Shown in pieces: positions 62,591 through 64,000 of a DNA stretch of 64,000 nt. A program made the position numbers and the translations under genes. Positions within the stretch are counted from its first letter, which is position 1. Each line of letters starts with the position of its first letter. The DNA is from a bacterium (GTDB lineage Bacteria > Patescibacteriota > Minisyncoccia > Phycocordibacterales > UBA12079), in the NCBI GenBank assembly GCA_018401295.1, contig JAGYLJ010000001.1:27901-91900 (forward strand), written 5' to 3'. The notes under the pieces are model-generated. The model worked only from the letters and a program-made list of their open reading frames with translations. It made no database searches and was not told the DNA's origin.

Positions 62591-63361
62591 CTAGTCTTTC
62601 TTTTTGAGAAATTGTCCGATTTTCCACCAAAATAATTTTTGTTGGTCTTTAATTGATTTTCGGCTCTCTTTTACCTCTGCCCAATACTGATAAATAGTGA
62701 ATTCAGGTATTCTTTTAAAGAAACCCAGATAAAAACTAAAAGAACCTTTACCTTTCTTCGCTGTTTCGTTGAAATAACTTCTTATTTCATTAACTAGATA
62801 ATGCTTTTCTGAATGGAGAGAAGTTTTTTCATTTCTTTCTCTAGAAAGTAAGTCTCCAATATTTTTTATGTTACTTTTGGAGAATCCATTTTCGGTTATC
62901 TCTTTAGTAGGGACTTTTTTAAATTTGTTTTTTATAAAATCAAGATCTATCTTATTTATCGCTTTTTGAATATTTATAGAAAGTTCTTCCTTATCTGGGG
63001 AAAGTTTGTTTATGTTGGAAATAATTTTTTTTGTCAGGACTTTATTTAGGACTTCTTCAGTAGGGATATCTCTTTTTTCTGAAATTAATAATATTAGTTC
63101 AATAGTTTTCTTATTAAGAAGAGTAATCTCAGAAGATTTATCTAATTTATTTACAGTTAATTTATTTTTTCTCAAGAAAAATTTTTCTTTTTCTAAATCT
63201 TCAATTGTTACAATTAGCGCTGGTTTTCTGTTGGAATTTTTTGTTGGTTTAGGATAAGGGATAAAAATTAGTGAACCTAAAGAAAAATTTTGAGTAGAAA
63301 AAAATAAAGCCGGTTTTTGAAAACGATTTCTAAATATAGGTATGGTTATTATTAGGTTCAT
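62591..63361 (-). CDS. Hypothetical protein
   Basis: 256-aa Lys-rich ORF with no recognisable motif. Confidence 0.35.
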   Translation of the reverse strand: MNLIITIPIFRNRFQKPALFFSTQNFSLGSLIFIPYPKPTKNSNRKPALIVTIEDLEKEKFFLRKNKLTVNKLDKSSEITLLNKKTIELILLISEKRDIPTEEVLNKVLTKKIISNINKLSPDKEELSINIQKAINKIDLDFIKNKFKKVPTKEITENGFSKSNIKNIGDLLSRERNEKTSLHSEKHYLVNEIRSYFNETAKKGKGSFSFYLGFFKRIPEFTIYQYWAEVKESRKSIKDQQKLFWWKIGQFLKKKD

Positions 63362-63362
63362 T

Positions 63363-64000
63363 CTAATAGTTTACAATCATCAAGTTGTCATTGTCCAAGA
63401 CATAAATAGATGAGCTGTCCTTTTTCACAAAGATTGGATTTATTCCTTTATAAATAGGTTGGAAATTTTGAATGTTTTCACTCCCAATTTCTAGAGCATA
63501 TATACCATCACCAGAAGAGATTATTACTACATCTTTTCTGTTTTTATAAAAGTCTATAGCTGTTATGGAAGTTTTTAAAGTTTGGTTTACATCTGAGATA
63601 TCTGAGTAAGCTTCATCTGAAATAAGATTTTTTTGAAAGAGAGATGTTATCTGTGTATATTCGGAATCTTCTTTTCCAATTAATAATCCACTGGTGTTTT
63701 GAGGAATAAAGAAAGGTTGAATTTTAGTACTTTTTTCTTTTTTTATTTCAATTTCTTTAATCCAGGGCCAGAATCTATCTTTTGATATAACAACGGTATG
63801 TTCTCCACTTTTTAATTCGAATTGGGGATTTATATCCTGTTTTGCAGTTTTTCTCTGGTTATCAATAAAAATAATCAAGTTTTCATCAAGAGATTCGATT
63901 TGTAGTGTCCCATATTGATCATTTCGGTAAAAAACACCCAATACAACTACTAGAATTATAATTAAACCAATTATATATCCATATGGATGACCACTTTTTT
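63363..64000 (-). CDS. Membrane-anchored hypothetical protein (PEGA-like stretch); 5' end is off-window
   Basis: The frame stays open to the window edge through a TM-like 'YIIGLIIILVVVLGV'. 'GEHTVVISKDRFWPW' resembles a PEGA strand pair. Confidence 0.4.
   Translation of the reverse strand, partial: KSGHPYGYIIGLIIILVVVLGVFYRNDQYGTLQIESLDENLIIFIDNQRKTAKQDINPQFELKSGEHTVVISKDRFWPWIKEIEIKKEKSTKIQPFFIPQNTSGLLIGKEDSEYTQITSLFQKNLISDEAYSDISDVNQTLKTSITAIDFYKNRKDVVIISSGDGIYALEIGSENIQNFQPIYKGINPIFVKKDSSSIYVLDNDNLMIVNY

Noticed and set aside
1-64000. Alternative genetic code (UGA as sense, as in some candidate-phyla lineages). This was prompted by an in-frame TGA just upstream of the SD-less ORF at 28091..28452.
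   Set aside because: Many long, motif-complete genes end at TGA (for example the GH130 gene at 7016..7018), and no well-supported family gene is interrupted by TGA. The standard code fits.
1-64000. CRISPR arrays, rRNA genes, IS transposases, retron or DGR reverse transcriptases.
   Set aside because: No regularly spaced direct repeats were seen in any intergenic gap. No rRNA-like conserved strings and no RT (YxDD) or DDE-transposase-like ORFs appear in the track.

Overview
AT-rich bacterial chromosome segment that reads with the standard code: TGA, TAA and TAG all terminate long ORFs. The gene content suggests a small-genome CPR/Patescibacteria-type organism (many small membrane and secreted proteins, a CxxC-x17-CxxC protein, a GH130 cluster, an lmo0937-type mini-protein, def/fmt/gpsA/hpf). 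That assignment is inference only.

Layout:
(1) 1-29.9 kb, core region: rarA 3' end, a family-3 SBP, a cupin/GH130/HAD mannoside cluster, a MacAB-like efflux set (adaptor, ATPase, two permeases), two tandem M14 peptidases, mscL, ECF sigma plus DUF4349, a C39-like peptidase, an L,D-transpeptidase, an alpha/beta hydrolase and a Nudix hydrolase.
(2) 29,997-56,584, a genomic island of about 26.5 kb bounded by a perfect 24-bp direct repeat that equals the 3' end of tRNA-Asn(GTT). It carries:
- an operon headed by a LexA-like repressor, with a ThsB-type TIR protein and unrecognised partners;
- a phage remnant (ParB-methylase, second methylase, TerS-like, TerL);
- a GmrSD-like type IV enzyme;
- a large serine recombinase preceded by an unusual spacer rich in repeats and hairpins;
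- a gap-free 10-gene type I R-M operon with passenger genes;
- a secreted thermonuclease;
- a PIN-like/VapD-like pair.
(3) tRNA-Asn, with a GIY-YIG gene wedged between it and a duplicated, hairpin-disrupted copy of its own 5' part. Core genes follow (PEBP, DUF167, hpf, PPIase, fmt, gpsA, PAS, def).

No rRNA, CRISPR array or transposase was seen. The best candidates for an undescribed system are the TIR operon (31.2-35.0 kb) and the passenger genes embedded in the type I R-M operon (44.5-48.3 kb and 51.2-53.3 kb). All family calls come from reading motifs by eye; no database search was run.
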